The notes beneath the pieces are model-generated. The model searched no databases, had not been told where the DNA came from, and saw only the letters and a program-made list of their open reading frames with translations. Positions 10,509-25,054 of a DNA stretch of 64,000 nt are shown one piece after another. Within the stretch, counting starts at the first letter, position 1; the number at the start of each line of letters is the position of its first letter. The stretch is from Pseudogymnoascus verrucosus (taxonomy: Eukaryota): assembly GCA_001662655.1 (NCBI GenBank), contig KV460212.1; one strand, written 5' to 3'. The translations under genes were made by a program, and so were the position numbers.

Positions 10509-12007
10509 TCACATCACCTTCTTCACACCCCCTTTCACCCCTCCCTTCCCATCCCCCATCTCCCCAGTCCCCCTCCCCCTCCCACCCCACCCCCCAAAAA
10601 CCCACCCCGCAACCCCCCTCACCACCCCAAGCGGCCACCCAACCACCCCCGCCACAACCCGTCCCGGCAACTGCACCCCCCACCTCACCCACCCCCCCTC
10701 TCCCAACCATCCCTTCCCCCACCCCTTCCCCTCCTCCTCTCCCCGCACCCTCCTCCCCACCTCCCCCACCCTCCCCTCCAGCTCCCCCAACCGTCCCTCC
10801 ACCCGTCCCGCCAACACCCCAGCCCTCTTCTCATACCTCCTCACGGCCCTACTAAGCGCCTCGACTTCCTGTCTCGTCGCTCTCTTCACCTCCTCCCTAA
10901 CCCTCGCTAGTACCTCTTCTTCCCCCTCCCCTGCCGTCGCTGCGGATCCCTGCTGTTGTTCGAGAGCATCCACGCGCTGGCGGAGCGTTTCAATCTCCCC
11001 ATCCTGCCGCTCATCGATCCCCGTGCGCGGATCAACCCTCACAACCCTCTGCAACCACAACGTCCGCGCCCTCACCAACCTCAATAACTGCCCCACTGGC
11101 CTAATCTCAGCAGCTAACATGAACACCACGATATTAAAATCAGACACTAAACCTGATACATCCGCTCTTAGCGAGGCGCGCAGGATGTGGAGGAGCCCGG
11201 CGGCGAGGAGGGGGAAGGTGACGCAGGAGAGGAGGGCGAGGAGCTCGTGGGTGCGGAGTTCCTGCGTGGCGGAGGTGTAGGTTGCGATTTCGCGGGCGTG
11301 TTGGGGGGAACGGGGTGTATCGGACTTGGTTACGGGGGGGAGAGGGGTGCCGCTGGGAGAGGTGGTGCGGATTTCTTGGGCGGAGCGGTACCAGTCCCTG
11401 TTTGCGTTTGTTAGTGTGTGATTTTTTCTGGCAATCGTAGGAGGGGAAGAGGTGGTGGGAGGAGAGAGGAGGAGAGAGGAGGAGGGAGGAGGAGAGAGGA
11501 GGAAAGAGGAGGAAAGAGGAGGTGAGAGGTGAGAACGGGAGGAATGCGAAAAAGGGAGACAAACCAAGGCAACCTAACACTCCAATTCAAAAACACCCCC
11601 GCCAACCCCAACAAAAGCACATCACTAACAAACCTACTCCCATCTTTAAACATCAACCCCCCCAACGCCGGCAACAACGCAAACGCAAGCGGCAAACTAT
11701 GCCACGCAGACAACCCATCATGCGCATCCACCGGCGGCGGGTGCAGCAGCGACGCGGAGTCGGAATGTAACGCCCGCCGCGCGGAGGAGAGGGAGGAGAG
11801 AGAATCGATTGATATTAGGGAGCTGCGACGCCGGGGGGCGGGGGGGTAGGGGCTGTCGGAGAGGGGGGAGGGGGAGCGCGAACGGGGAGGGCGCGCTGGT
11901 GGGGGGGATGAAGACTCGGGGAGGGAGGCGAGGCGGGGACGGCGGAATTGGGAGGATTCGGCGGTGGTGAGGGTGCGGCGGGAGGGGGGGTCGGAGGGGG
12001 TTGCCAT
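10509..12007 (-). CDS. Conserved fungal membrane protein of unknown function (TM segments plus coiled coil); exons 12007-11565 and 11397-10509
   Basis: ORFs 11411..12007 and 10509..11567 are joined by a GTTTGT...CTAAC...CAG intron, giving WSVRLPW|DWYRSAQ. Hydrophobic segments WHSLPLAFALLPALGGL and ELLALLSCVTFPLLAAGLLH; C-terminal region ALSRAVRRYEKR. Confidence 0.8.
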
Positions 12008-13179
12008 TTTGGTGGTTGTGGTTTGTGGTTTGTGATGTGATGGTTTATGATGTTGGCGACGAGGCTGAGGTGTCGCGTGCCCGGCTGGGTTGTTCTCACT
12101 GGCGCTGGGAGTGTAGTTCAGACAAGAAATGCTGTGGGAGAGGCGTGCGTGTAACTATCTGACGCGGGTTCGTCTGGCCGTGGGGTAGTATGGCCATGGA
12201 GACGAGGATATAGATATAGAGTTAAGCTGGCTGGTTGCGGCAGTTACGTCTCGTGCGACCCTGATGAGCTGGTAGCTAGCTGGATAGGGCTGAAGGGCGG
12301 CGGCGGGGGCGGGCGAGGATGCTGACTGGTTGACGCGTTGAAGGGGTGAAGTGGATTGGAGGGTGGTCTGTGCGCGTCTCCGAGGGTATATAGGGTTATT
12401 GGCAAAGCTTCTTCGCACCATCTTCCTTTCATAATTATAGCTGAGAACGAAGCATGGTCAATTCCGCATAAGTTGAGCATTTTCTCTCTTCTTGGTTTTT
12501 TGATGTTATGGCCAGTCAAGCTGCCAAGGCAATTGGCTTCTCTGACTATTATTTTCCTTTATTTTCTGCAGTCTCGATTTGTCTCGCGTTTCTTCAAAGT
12601 CGTCGTCATGCTCCACTAACGCGAGCAGGAAGGGTTGTTACAGTTGGCTTAGTAGCTGCAAGACATAACAACCCCACCAATCGACAGCTCTTTTTCAAAA
12701 CTTACCCATGTTATATATAGATTCTGAAATCAGGCTTCCATTTCAGGGACACGAAAGTCACGTGTGAAAGGATGCGTATCCCTGAAACGTGCCCAATGCG
12801 TGGATATTAGCCTGATCCTTCTGCACTCCATTACGACGACAACAAGACATCAATATATAGGCAACAGCATACCGATCGCTTTCATTTGCCCAAGCATCCA
12901 CATTGTCTTGTTTACTCGGGCTTGTTTTGGAGGGCATCGCAGCGGTTAGCTCTAAACGAGCTCTTGCTCTCCGAAAACATGTCGTCGCAGAAGTACGACA
13001 TTTCGCCAATGGCATTTAAATACGACATTGCACCCCGACAATTCAAACCGACTCTACCACCGACTCAATCGTATCTTCCAACGCGCCCCTCATCTACCCC
13101 GCCCTCCACCACATTGCCGTCCTCATACTCAACCGCAACATCAAACACCCTCTTCACAAAATCACCCCCCTTCATCCCA

Positions 13180-13933
13180 ATGGCCACCACCACCGAAGAA
13201 CCCCCCGCCACAACCACCACAACCTTCCACCGCGTCCCCTCCTCCGACCCCCGCCCCTCAACCGACTCAGACGCCGACTCCCTCTCCACCAACGCGCGCC
13301 TCATCCGCCCCACCTCGCACCACACCGCCCAGCCCGACTACACCCACACCTACACCATCTACCCCACCACGCTCTTCCGCCTCGTCGCCCTCATCCTCCT
13401 CATCGTCTCCGTCGCCCTCTACGCCTCCAAGGGCGCCCACCGCGCCGTCCCAGCCATCCTCTTCATCTCCCTCGCCTTCCTCCGCATCCTCATCGGCTTC
13501 ATCTACCACACCTCGCGCGCCGCCCGCTGGCGCGGCGGCCGCGGCGTCAACCTAGCTGTCGACTTCGCGCTCGTGGCTGGCCTCGCTGGGTCGATTGGGG
13601 GGGCGTTCGCGGTAGATCTTTCTTATTGGGGTCATACGAATATAGCGGCTTCTATCCTGGGATGGGTTGCTTGGTGAGTCCTCCCCTAACAGCTAAGGCT
13701 TTTGTGGTTGGGTGGAATTTTGGGCTAATTAGTGGCGTTTATTTAGTTTGTTTCTTGGTTTGGCGGCTGTGGATACGGGAAGGCCGAGTAGGATTGCGAT
13801 TACGACGAGGTTGAATTTCGATGTCACGACGTCGCTGAGTCTGGATTTCCGGACTAGGAGGGGTGTGCTGTCGCTTGATGGTTGGGATTCTGAGAGGCCG
13901 GAGATGGGACGGAGTGCATCGCGGCTTGTGTAG
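13180..13933 (+). CDS. Hypothetical 4-TM membrane protein (MARVEL-like topology); exons 13180-13673 and 13747-13933; alternative upstream ATG at 12979
   Basis: Strong C-ending codon bias and four hydrophobic helices. A GTGAGT donor at 13674, GCTAAT branch and TTTAG acceptor join ORF 13748..13933 in frame. Confidence 0.7.
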
Positions 13934-15556
13934 ATGTGATTGGTCGCGGTGGATGGGGTGCAGCTACGGGCGTGATATATAACAGTAAGTTGTTCTTTTT
14001 TTTGCTTGTACATTCTGAGGGAGGGACGGCGCATATGATGATCCAGATATTATGTCAAACTAGTCGGAGGCAGCTAGAAACTGACCGATGGCGATAAAAT
14101 TCTGAGTACTGATGGCTGTCTCTTTTTGAACGGTGGTGTTGGGCTGTTGGAGTGTCGGGAGAGGCGGTTTTTGAGATTACGGCTGCTGACCTATATAGTA
14201 CTGTACGTATGATCTGGATCATGGTTTCAGTAATGGGTTAGGAGTTAGGGTATTCGTGGGATGGTTGGATATTTAGAGAACTATTATGAACGTATATTTT
14301 CCACACAGCTATACTTACGATATTCATGATACTCCTGCGGCCCATGAGTTTGAAGTGAGACGGTGCATTATGGCGCCAACTGTACAACTGTCCGTGAAAT
14401 CAATCCTCTGTGGTATGATTTATTGATTGCTAGATTGATATAGAAATAAATAAAGGGAATAATCGCACATTGAGATGGATAATGGAAGACTTTAGGGCTG
14501 TGGATAATATATTTTCTACGCATTTATGTAATGCCTTATTTATTTGTGATTTTAATATGCAAAATCATCAACGAATTACGTGTTGAGATTAAACAGAGGC
14601 AGTAATTTTCTTCAAATACGGTGTATTATATATTTATACATAATACATATAGCAAACTTCTAGATAGAACCTGCCACTCCTTGAATTAATGCAGAAGTCA
14701 ACAATGTGATACTGAATGAGGTCTATTTGTATGCGACAAACTATTACTCACGTCAAAATATATGGCTCAAATAATAATATCTCAGGCCCCAAAATATTAT
14801 TATAAAGACACTCTATAATAACAAATTATATTGTATACACCTTTTAACGCGAAATGTAACCGCCATATATGTTTGCTCTATCCACGTAATTAATTGTTAT
14901 GTGATGCCTAAAATCACGTGACCCCAACACCCACTAGCGTGCTGTAATCTACCTAGCGTGCTCGTTAAGCATGATTTTGCGCCGTGTCAGTCCCGGAGCG
15001 TGCGCGCACCTCGCAACTCATCCAGCTCCATCTCACCCACCCCCATCCATCAAAATCCGCGTCGTCGATGGAAGTACCGTCAATCCCCTTCGCGCCAATC
15101 ACCCCCCGCCCCTCAACCTAGTTTGATATCAACGACAAAACCCCCTTCGACAAACACCTTTGTTCGCCGCGCGGGTAATTGTCGAATAGGGATACCCCGA
15201 CTTCACCCCATTTGCCTCACGATTTCAACTACTTTTGCCCCTTCCGCCCGCACAAGGTCGCGCCAAGCCTTCGCGAACCTCCAAAAAGTTATCCCCAACG
15301 ACCACGCCGACGCGACGGGGCGACTTGAGGCGCGACAACTCCTGACTAGAGCCTTTGCGACCTTCCCACACCCCGACTTCGATACTGGAGGCCCGTTTGC
15401 TCGACGCCCCCGACAAATCAGTGTCGCTTCCTTTGGCATCACGCCTCAACACCAGCCGACACCTTACGCGCAAGGCTGCATCTTGATATGCGCTCTGGCT
15501 CTTAATAGACTATAGTCCCATCGAGCATTGAGGTCCAGGCCACAGGCTCACCCATC

Positions 15557-18500
15557 ATGGCTACCGTCCAGGCTGCTCCTGCAGCCCAACAACAACAAAT
15601 GGGCGCTGCCCTTCCATCGGGACTGTCCCAGCAGGCGGTCCAGGAGATATATATGGTGAGTTGGCGCACGAATCCGTCGACACTTGTCGCAACAACATGG
15701 ATTGATGCTAATGCCGTCACAGAAATTTAAGCAGATGAAAGAATCGGGCGTGTCCGACCAAGATCCCGAATACCAAAAGGTCCACAACATGCTGATGGCC
15801 ATCCAACAACAGCGCATGTATAACAAACAGCGCCAGTTTCAACAACAGCAGCAACAACAACAGAATGCAAATAATGCTACGACGAATGGAAACAATGCTG
15901 TTCGACCTCCACAACAGAATTCGGCTACCGCGCCTACACCACCAAGCCAGCCTACGTCAGCAACAGCGCCACCGGTTGCGGTATCAAAGGCGAACGCAGC
16001 ACAGTCTGCACAAGCAGCACAGCGTTCATCGGCGGCTGGCAGTGGATTGTTCACAGCAGACCAGCTTGGCATACTGAAGCATCAGATCTTCGCGTTCAAG
16101 TGCCTGTCGAAGAACCTCGGCATCCCACAATCCACACAGCAGCAATTATTCGCATCGCACCAAAAGAAGCAAGCCACCACCGATGGACTGATTGCATCTG
16201 CTGTGAAGACCTTGGATGACGCACAGCCAAGCGCGAATGGCAAGCCGAAAGACTCGTCGGCGGCCCCAGAACCGGCTGAAGAGGAGGAAGAGATGTCTAC
16301 AACAATCGATCCATACTCGCTGATTCCTAGCAAGATGAGCTACTCCAAGCACTCGCTGAGACAAGGACGCTTTTTGATCCCCAGCATCATGCCTTCTGGC
16401 ATCGATGTTGACAAACTGCGTGAGGATCGGGAACGCGTCATCTACAACCGCATGTCGTCAAGATATCAGGAACTCAAAGCAATTCCTGCTAACCTGCAGC
16501 ACTGGGAAACGAGAAACGCCGATGACCTCTCAGCGGACGACAGCCTGAAGCGCAAGGCACTCATTGAGTTGAAGATGCTTGAGCAATACTCGAAGCAACG
16601 CACAATGAGAGACCGTATTGCGCGCCAGATGATCCAATACGATAACCTGGCCATGACTGCGAACAGGAGCATGTATCGCCGCATGAAGAAGCAGTCTCTC
16701 CGCGAAGCGCGCATCACCGAGAAGCTCGAGAAGGAGCAGCGTGACGCGAGAGAGACGAGGGAGAAGAAGAAGCACACCGATTACCTCCAGACTGTCCTGC
16801 AACACGGCCGCGAGATCGCCATTGCGGCCAGTGCGCAGAAGAGTAAGATGCAGAAGCTGGGTCGCATGATGCAGGTCCAGCACCAGACCATCGAGAAGGA
16901 AGAGCAGAAGCGCATCGAGAGGACTGCTAAGCAGCGTCTCGCGGCCTTGAAGTCTAACGATGAGGAGGCTTACTTGGCACTGCTCGACCAGGCGAAGGAT
17001 ACGCGTATTACGCATCTGCTGAAGCAGACTGATGGCTTCTTGACCCAGCTTGCTCAGTCTGTGAAGGCGCAGCAGAGGAAGGCTGCCGAGAGATACGGTG
17101 ATGCTGGTGCCTTTGAGGATGAGGAGGAGTCTGAGTCGGAAGACGAGGAAATGAACAGCGATGTTAAGAAGATCGACTACTATGCTGTTGCTCATCGTAT
17201 CAAGGAAGAAGTTACGAAGCAATCGAGTATTCTGGTTGGTGGTACGCTCAAGGAATACCAGATCAAGGGTCTCCAATGGATGATTTCGCTTTACAACAAC
17301 AACCTGAATGGTATCCTTGCCGACGAGATGGGTCTCGGAAAAACCATCCAAACCATCAGTTTAATCACATACCTGATTGAGGCGAAGAAGCAGAATGGTC
17401 CCTTCCTTGTCATCGTCCCCCTCAGTACCTTGACTAACTGGAACCTTGAGTTCGAGAAGTGGGCCCCTTCAGTCAAGAGAATTGTATACAAGGGATCGCC
17501 GCTTGCCAGGAAAGAGCAACAGCAAGAGATCAGATATGGCCATTTCCAGGTTCTTCTCACCACCTACGAGTACATTATCAAGGATAGACCAGTTCTGAGC
17601 AAGATCAAGTGGATCCACATGATTATCGATGAGGGTCACCGTATGAAGAACGCCAAATCGAAGTTGAGTGGTACACTGTCACAGTACTACTCTACGCGCT
17701 ATCGTCTCATTCTCACTGGTACCCCGCTGCAAAACAACTTGCCTGAACTTTGGGCCCTGCTCAATTTCGTCCTGCCTACCATCTTCAAGTCCGTCAAATC
17801 GTTCGACGAGTGGTTCAATACTCCCTTCGCCAACACCGGAGGTCAAGATAAGATGGAGCTCACTGAAGAAGAACAGATTCTCGTCATTCGCCGCCTGCAC
17901 AAGGTCCTGAGACCCTTCTTGCTCAGACGTCTCAAGAAGGATGTCGAGAAGGATCTACCTGAGAAGAGCGAGAAGGTTATCAAGACCCGATTCTCGGCTC
18001 TCCAGGCACGCCTGTACAAGCAGATGGTTACCCATAATAAGTTGGTTGTCAGCGACGGCAAGGGAGGCAAGACTGGCGCTCGTGGTCTCAGTAACATGAT
18101 CATGCAGCTGAGGAAGCTGTGTAACCATCCGTTCGTCTTCGACGAGGTTGAGAACCAGATGAACCCCAAGAACACCAGCAACGATCTTCTGTGGCGCACG
18201 TCTGGAAAGTTCGAGCTGCTCGACCGTATTCTGCCAAAGTATCAGCGTTCTGGCCACAGAGTTCTTATGTTCTTCCAAATGACGGCGATTATGGATATTA
18301 TGGAGGATTTCTTACGTCTCCGCGGCATCATGTACTTGCGCCTGGACGGAACCACCAAGTCGGATGATCGTTCCGACTTGCTCAAGGAGTTCAACAGGCC
18401 CGATTCACCATACTTCATGTTCTTGCTGTCCACACGTGCTGGTGGTCTCGGTCTTAACTTGCAAACCGCCGACACCGTTATCATCTACGATTCGGATTGG

Positions 18501-19950
18501 AATCCTCATCAGGATTTGCAAGCTCAGGATCGTGCCCATCGTATCGGTCAGAAGAACGAGGTCCGTATCTTGCGACTCATCAGCTCAAACTCCGTCGAGG
18601 AGAAGATTCTCGAGCGTGCCAAGTACAAGCTTGATATGGATGGCAAGGTTATTCAGGCTGGTCGTTTCGACAACAAATCTTCCGAGACTGATCGTGATGC
18701 TATGCTTCGTGTCATGTTGGACACGGCCGAATCAGCGGAGAGCCTTGAGCAAGAAGAGATGGACGATGATGATCTGAATCTGATGCTGGCACGTAGCGAA
18801 GAGGAAGTCGAAATCTTCAGGGCAATGGACGAGGAGCGTGCTAAGGACCCTACCTACGGCAATGCGCCGGGTTCTAAGCGGATGCCTCGCCTCATGGCTG
18901 ACAATGAGTTACCAGATATCTATCTGTCTGAGGGTAATCCGATTGAAGATGAGCCTGAGGAGATTAGAGGTCGCGGTGCTAGAGAACGCAAGACTCTCCA
19001 TTATGATGATGGACTTACGGAAGAGCAGTGGCTGAACGCTGTCGATGCCGATGATGACACGCCAGAAGCTGCTGCGCTGCGGAAGGCCGAGAGGAAGGAG
19101 CGCCGTCGCCTAAAGAAGATGAGGAAGGAGCAGGGAATTTCCGCCGCTGGCGATTCTGACACTGATGGCACCAAGGACAGTGATGATGATGAGCCGGAGC
19201 CAGAGCCCGAACCAGTTGTCAAGAAACCACGTGGACGCAAATCCGCTGGCAAGATTGACAAGAGGAAGGCGGAGGACTTCGAGGAGGAGGAGAAACCAGC
19301 GCCTAAGAAACCGAAGCGAGGCGGTCAAGGTCGCCCGAAGTCGATGGGCGGTGGTGGCGGAGTTTCCGGTGATCATCGCCGCACCCTGCAGACCAGCCTT
19401 CGCAGCGTCTACAAGTCTCTCCTTGAACTTGAGACCTCCGAGTCCGGCAGCGAGGGTGAGGAGGAGACCAAGCGTGCCGTCATCGGACCGTTCATGGTGT
19501 TACCTCCGAAGAAGGTGTTCCCTGACTACTACGAGCTCATCGCGAAACCGATCGCGATGAAGCAGATTGACACGAAGATCAAGAAGGAAGACTATAGTAG
19601 CCTGAATGATTTGTACAAGGACATCGAGCTGCTGTGCAATAACGCACGGCAGTATAATGAGGATGGGAGTTTTCTATTTTTGGACGCGAATACGATTCAG
19701 GTAAGACACATCCGCTGGCTCTGTGGATTAAGACACGATTACTAACGAGACGCAGGCGGCTTGCAAATCCAAGATCCAAGATGAGATCAGCGACCACCCT
19801 GAACTTGGGGATCAGGACGGCTCGTCGAGGGACGGCGGGTCCACGGCACCGACGACTAATACGGGAACCCCGGCGCCGAGGCTGAAGCTCAACTTCACCA
19901 ACTACGTGAATGGCGGGAGCAGCGCGGCGCAGAGCGACGACGAGGATTAA
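15557..19950 (+). CDS. SNF21: SNF2-family chromatin-remodelling ATPase (RSC/SWI-SNF catalytic subunit, Snf21/Sth1); exons 15557-15655, 15723-19700, 19756-19950
   Basis: QLQ-like FTADQLGILKHQIFAFKCL, HSA region, GILADEMGLGKT, DEGH box, QAQDRAHRIGQ and C-terminal bromodomain (PDYYELIAKPI...NARQYN). Canonical introns. Confidence 0.96.
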
Positions 19951-20819
19951 AAAGCCTGACTGGCTACTCTGCTATAATGGTTCCTAGGACCGGGGAGGAG
20001 TGGTGTTTTTTTGGCGGATGGGAGAATCATGGGGGTCGGGTTGTGTGTTTTTTTATGGCTGGTGTTTTGATAGTGGAGTTTGGGCTTGGGAATTTGGGTG
20101 GCGGGCGAGCTGATAAGTACAGCTGGGGAAGATAGCATCTACCTTGGAGAAGGAAGGCTAGATTTGTACTTTATTAGATAGTGCATAATTCAGATGCATG
20201 ATGTAAAACTGCTCTGTTTGCTAACATCACAGTCATTGCTGTGAGAATAGGCATCGTAAATAATCTACGCGTGGTTCCAAAAATCATGCCCTGAATTACT
20301 GTGGTATGTACATTTATGTTCTATCTGGAAGTGATCTCATGCTGACCTTTGTTAGATGCCTTGTGTTTGTTTTTCGTTGATAGACGATGCTGGTGGTTGT
20401 CCTCACGGATCGGGGCTAGCGTGGTTCCGGCGCGGAGAAATCCGAAAATCGATGGTTCAGCAATCCAGCCGCATCGACCCCTGCCAGTCCATTCTGGTGG
20501 TGCCCTCAATAATTTTGGATCACAATAACCTCACCTCGCGCATTGGTCTTGCGCACCAACCCTCCCAACAACCCCATTTCAGACGATCAATCGCCTTCTT
20601 CATATTTTGCCATTTGCCAACAGATATTCATTTGCCACCAGCGCTTCACCCTGTTATGGTTGCCCTGTGTTGAAGGGTTCACCAAGCTCCTCGAGGCTCT
20701 ACACGTCTCGAGTCAAGTCGCGAAGCCAGGCTTGGCCTTTCGAACTTGAAGCTATCGCCAGCTTCAAAGGCACTCTTATATACACCCAAGCGACTTGCAT
20801 ACGACATTAAGCTTTCATC

Positions 20820-23800
20820 ATGGCGTCCAGAACAGCATTCGCCAATGGCTCGACCAACGGCCTCAGCACGATTGGGCCCAGAGACCTCCCCGACTCCATC
20901 GCCACACGCTCCGTCCTCCGCTTCTCCGATGTCCCCTCATCTCTCGACATTCCCGTCCAGGGCATGGACGAAGACGACCAACAAGCCGTCGAAGTCGACC
21001 TGGAAGACCTCCTCGACGACCCGACCGAGCTATGCACCCTCCTCGAAAACGAGCGCGTGAGCCGCAACTTCTGGATGACCGTCTCACTCGCCTACGCCAA
21101 GCAAAAGAAAATAGACACCGCCATCGAGATGATCGGCAAGGGCCTCGCGGCCGTCACCGGTGGCCCGAAGGAGAAACTGAGCATGCTCACTTGTCTCTGC
21201 TGGTTGTATCTGTGGAAGAGCCGCGAGGCGCCTCGCGTTGCGCCGGAGGGCCAAATGGTTTCGGAGGCAAAGACAAAGGAGTTTTACTTGCAGCTGAGCA
21301 CCACGGCGCTCAACGACGCGACGCGAATCAACCCCAGCTTTCCCCCGCTGTTCATGGCGCGCGGTGTTCTATACCTCCTTCGCGCGTCGCTGCAGCCGCC
21401 GTCGAAGGCGCCGGCGGCGGGGACGATCGATCCGGAGAAATTGGATATCCTGCGCCATGCGCTCAAGAGCTTTGATGACGCGATTCGCGTTTCGCAGGGC
21501 CGAAATATGCTTGCTGTGCTTGGGAAATGCAGGGTGCAGTTCTCGCTGGGCAAGTATGCCGAGGCGCTTGAGGGATACCAGTTGGCTCTGTCGCGGATGC
21601 CGGAGCTGACGGATCCGGATCCACGTATCGGTATTGGAGCGTGTTTGTGGATGCTGGGGCACAAGGATGACGCGAAGGTGGCGTGGGAGAGGGCCCTGGA
21701 GGTCAACGAGAATTCGAAGATTGCGAATATCCTGCTGGGCCTGTATCACCTGGATGCTAGCGGACATGTGCCGACGAATAGCAAGGACTTTATTGAGACG
21801 TACAAGAAGGCCATGACGGTGTATACGCAGAAGGCGTTCAAGCTAGACAAGGACCTGCCGCTTACTTGCTCTACTTTTGCTGGGTACTTTTTGTCGAGGA
21901 AATCGCTTGCGAATACGGATGCTTTGGCACACAAGGCTATTCAATATACGGATGTTAATGCCATTGCCAGTGATGGGTGGTATTTGCTGGCGCGCAAGGA
22001 GCACTATGAAGATAATGTTGACCGGGCGGCGGATTACTACAGACGTTCTGATGAGGCACGAGGCGGTGCAGACCGTGGATATGTTCCAGCAAAGTTTGGA
22101 TCAGCTCAGATCTCGGTGCTGAAGAGCGACTTTGGTGAGGCGAAATTCAGGCTGGAGAAGATTGTCCAGCACTCGAAGAATGTCGAAGCCATGAGCTTGC
22201 TCGGTACGATCTACTCTGAGGAGGTCTTCGCGAACCAATACGGCGCTTCGAATGAGGACAAGACGCAGGAATTCAAGAAGGCTGTCAGTCTCCTCGAGTC
22301 TGTCCGTGCTGCATGGAAGGACCCGAAGAAGAACTTAATTCCTGATGCATCTGTGCTGCTCAATCTTGCGCGTCTGTATGAGGTCGATAACCCGGAAAAG
22401 AGTCTGTTATGTCTCCAGCAAATCGAGCAGATAGAACTGGCACAGGCACAAGCTCAAGCTCAGGCTTTGAATGAGGATAAGTCGAAGGATACCGAGGCCG
22501 AAGAAGCCATGAAACTTAAGATCCGCGAGAACTTGCCTCCGCAGCTCTTGAACAACATGGGCTGCTTCCACTATCAGGCCGAGAAATTTGACTTGTCCCG
22601 TGATTTCTTCCAGGCTGCGCTCAGTGCTTGCGTTAAGGCGGGAGAAAAGGAGGAAGCTATGGACACTGATGCTCTGGTTACTAGCATCAGCTTTAATCTT
22701 GGCAGGACTTATGAGGCTAGTGGGATGTTTGATGAAGCTAAGACAGTCTACGAGGGCTTGTTGGGCAGACACGCTGATTACACTGATGCACGCACAAGAC
22801 TGGCATATATTGCACTGAAGGAGAGTCCTACCGATGAAGGCCCGAGGGCAATTGGCAAGCTCTACCAGGATGCTAGCAACGACCTCGAAGTTCGAGCACT
22901 CTACGGTTGGTATCTTGGCCGCGTCCACTCTCGCAAACGCGCATCCGCTTCGCATATCCATGAAGACCCTGAACTGCGCCACTACAAGCACACCCTTCAG
23001 CACCACGACAAGCATGACAGATACGCACTCATCGGCATGGGGAACTTGTACCTCCAGACCGCACGCGAGATGCCACGTAACTCAGACTCTGAGAAGGCCA
23101 AGCGCAGCAGCATGTACTCTAAGGCTGCTGAGTTCTTTGAGAAGGCGCTGCAGCTTGACCCTAAGAGCGCGTTCGCAGCCCAAGGAATTGCTATCGCTAT
23201 GATTGAGGACAAGAAAGACTTTAAGGGTGCCCTGTCTATTTTCATGCAGGTGCGCGAGACTGTCAAGGACCCCAACGTATATATCAATCTCGGACACCTG
23301 TTTGCGGAGTTGAGACAGTACAGCAAGGCTATTGAGCACTACGAGGCTGCGCTGAGCAAGAACAGCGGTAGCGACGCGCAGATTCTGGCCTGTTTGGGTA
23401 GGACGTGGCTGGCTAGGGGGAGAGCGGAGAAGGACCTAAAGAGCTACAAGAATGCATTGGAGTATGCACAGAAGGTATGTTGCCGCCCCTATCGATGTCG
23501 CGGATAGAGCTAACACGTTACAGGCTCTTGAAACCGCACCGGAACAGATCCATTTCAAGTTCAATGTGGCTTTCGTGCAGATCCAGCTCGCGCAGACCAT
23601 CTACACCACAGCCGAGTCCGCGCGCACCCTCGCCGAAGTCGAAGCCGCAGCCGCCGGCCTCGAAGACGCCATCGTATCCCTGGAGGAAATCGCACAACAC
23701 CCACAGACACCGTACCCCAAGGCACTAGTCGAGGGACGTGCAAACATGGCCCGTAACACCATGCGCAAGCAGCTCGAGCGTAGCATCCAGTCGCAGCGCG

Positions 23801-24627
23801 AGTACGAGGAGAAGAACAAGGAGAAGGTGCGCGAAGCGATGGAGGTGCGCCAGCGCGAGCTGAAGGAGCGCGAGGAGGCGCGGTTGAAGGCCGAAGAGGA
23901 GCAGCGGGAGCGCAAGCGTGTGATCGCCGAGGAGCGCGCGAAGATCGCGGAGCATGATCGTGCGTTGGCGGAGTCGAGGGCGAGAGAGGCGGAGGCGAGG
24001 GAGGAGGCGGAGATGACGGTTGATAGTGAGACAGGGGAGAGGGTGAAGAGGAAGAGGAAGGTGGGTAAGGCGGGGGGGAAGAGGAAGAAGAAGGAGGGGG
24101 ATGAGAGTGGGGAGGAGAGCGAGACGGGGACGCCGAAGAAGGAACGTCGCCCGAGGAGGAGGGATGCTGATGGGGATGAGGAGAAGCCGAAGAAGAAGCG
24201 CAGGTTGGCGAAGAAGGAGAAGGTAAATTCGAAGTTCAAGTCTGCGGAGGTGGTGGTGGATTCGAGCGATGAGGGCGAGGGTGGCGGAGGAGGTGATGAT
24301 GACGGATTCGGAAGTGACAGAGGCCGGGATGTGTCTAGCCCTGTTAGCAGCCCGCCGAAACATGACGACGATGAGGATGAAGAGGTGGAGCGTGCGCCTG
24401 CCAAACGCACCACGAGACGTCGGATGGTGGAAAGTGATGATGAAGATGAGGATGTGGCGGAGCCTGAGGAGGGTGTTAGCATGGGCCGTGACATGGAGGT
24501 CGGCGAGACTGACGCGCCTGGCCTGAGTGGCGACCGCGATGCAGGCGATGTACCCATGGAAGACGCGGATGAGATGCATGATGGGGAAGATGATGCGGAG
24601 GAACGGGAGGGAGACGTGGATCGTTGA
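20820..24627 (+). CDS. CTR9: Paf1 complex TPR subunit Ctr9; exons 20820-23474 and 23524-24627
   Basis: N-terminal LDIPV...VEVDLEDL...ELCTLLENE, many TPR repeats (DPRIGIGAC, AAQGIAI, YINLGH) and a charged C-terminal tail with KFKSAEVVVDS. GTATGT...CTAAC...CAG intron. Confidence 0.95.
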
Positions 24628-25054
24628 AATTGGAAGTAGATGGGCGTTATTTGTATGATATGAATGCGTGATACTTCTGGAATGGGGACGGGTCTATACA
24701 TTTACTGGATTTGTTGTAGGAGGCACTCGCGTAGATAAGTGAAGGTATGGCTACGTAAAATGGAATGGAATAATTTGGACTGTAAATCTGTAGCTCGTAT
24801 AATGTGATTTGCTGATGCATTACTATAAACGCTAGCGCTGGTGGTAGATCTCCATGCCTGCCCCTGTCGGGTCACGATTTGTGTTGTAAATATGAGAATC
24901 TCGGAATAACTCGAAATAGAATGCGGCGTTATTTACAGGTAAAATATACAAAATATGAGTTATTAAAGTATACAAGATTGCCAAAACACCAATACAATCT
25001 ATCTTATTATACAAGTCGGTCAAAACAGCCAGCTGTTTCCAGTCAGTCCCTACC

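Noticed and set aside
23601..24701. Long antisense ORFs opposite CTR9 (similar ones opposite SNF21, GH1, MEP and YTP1)
   Set aside because: Shadow ORFs caused by GC-rich biased codon usage on the coding strand.
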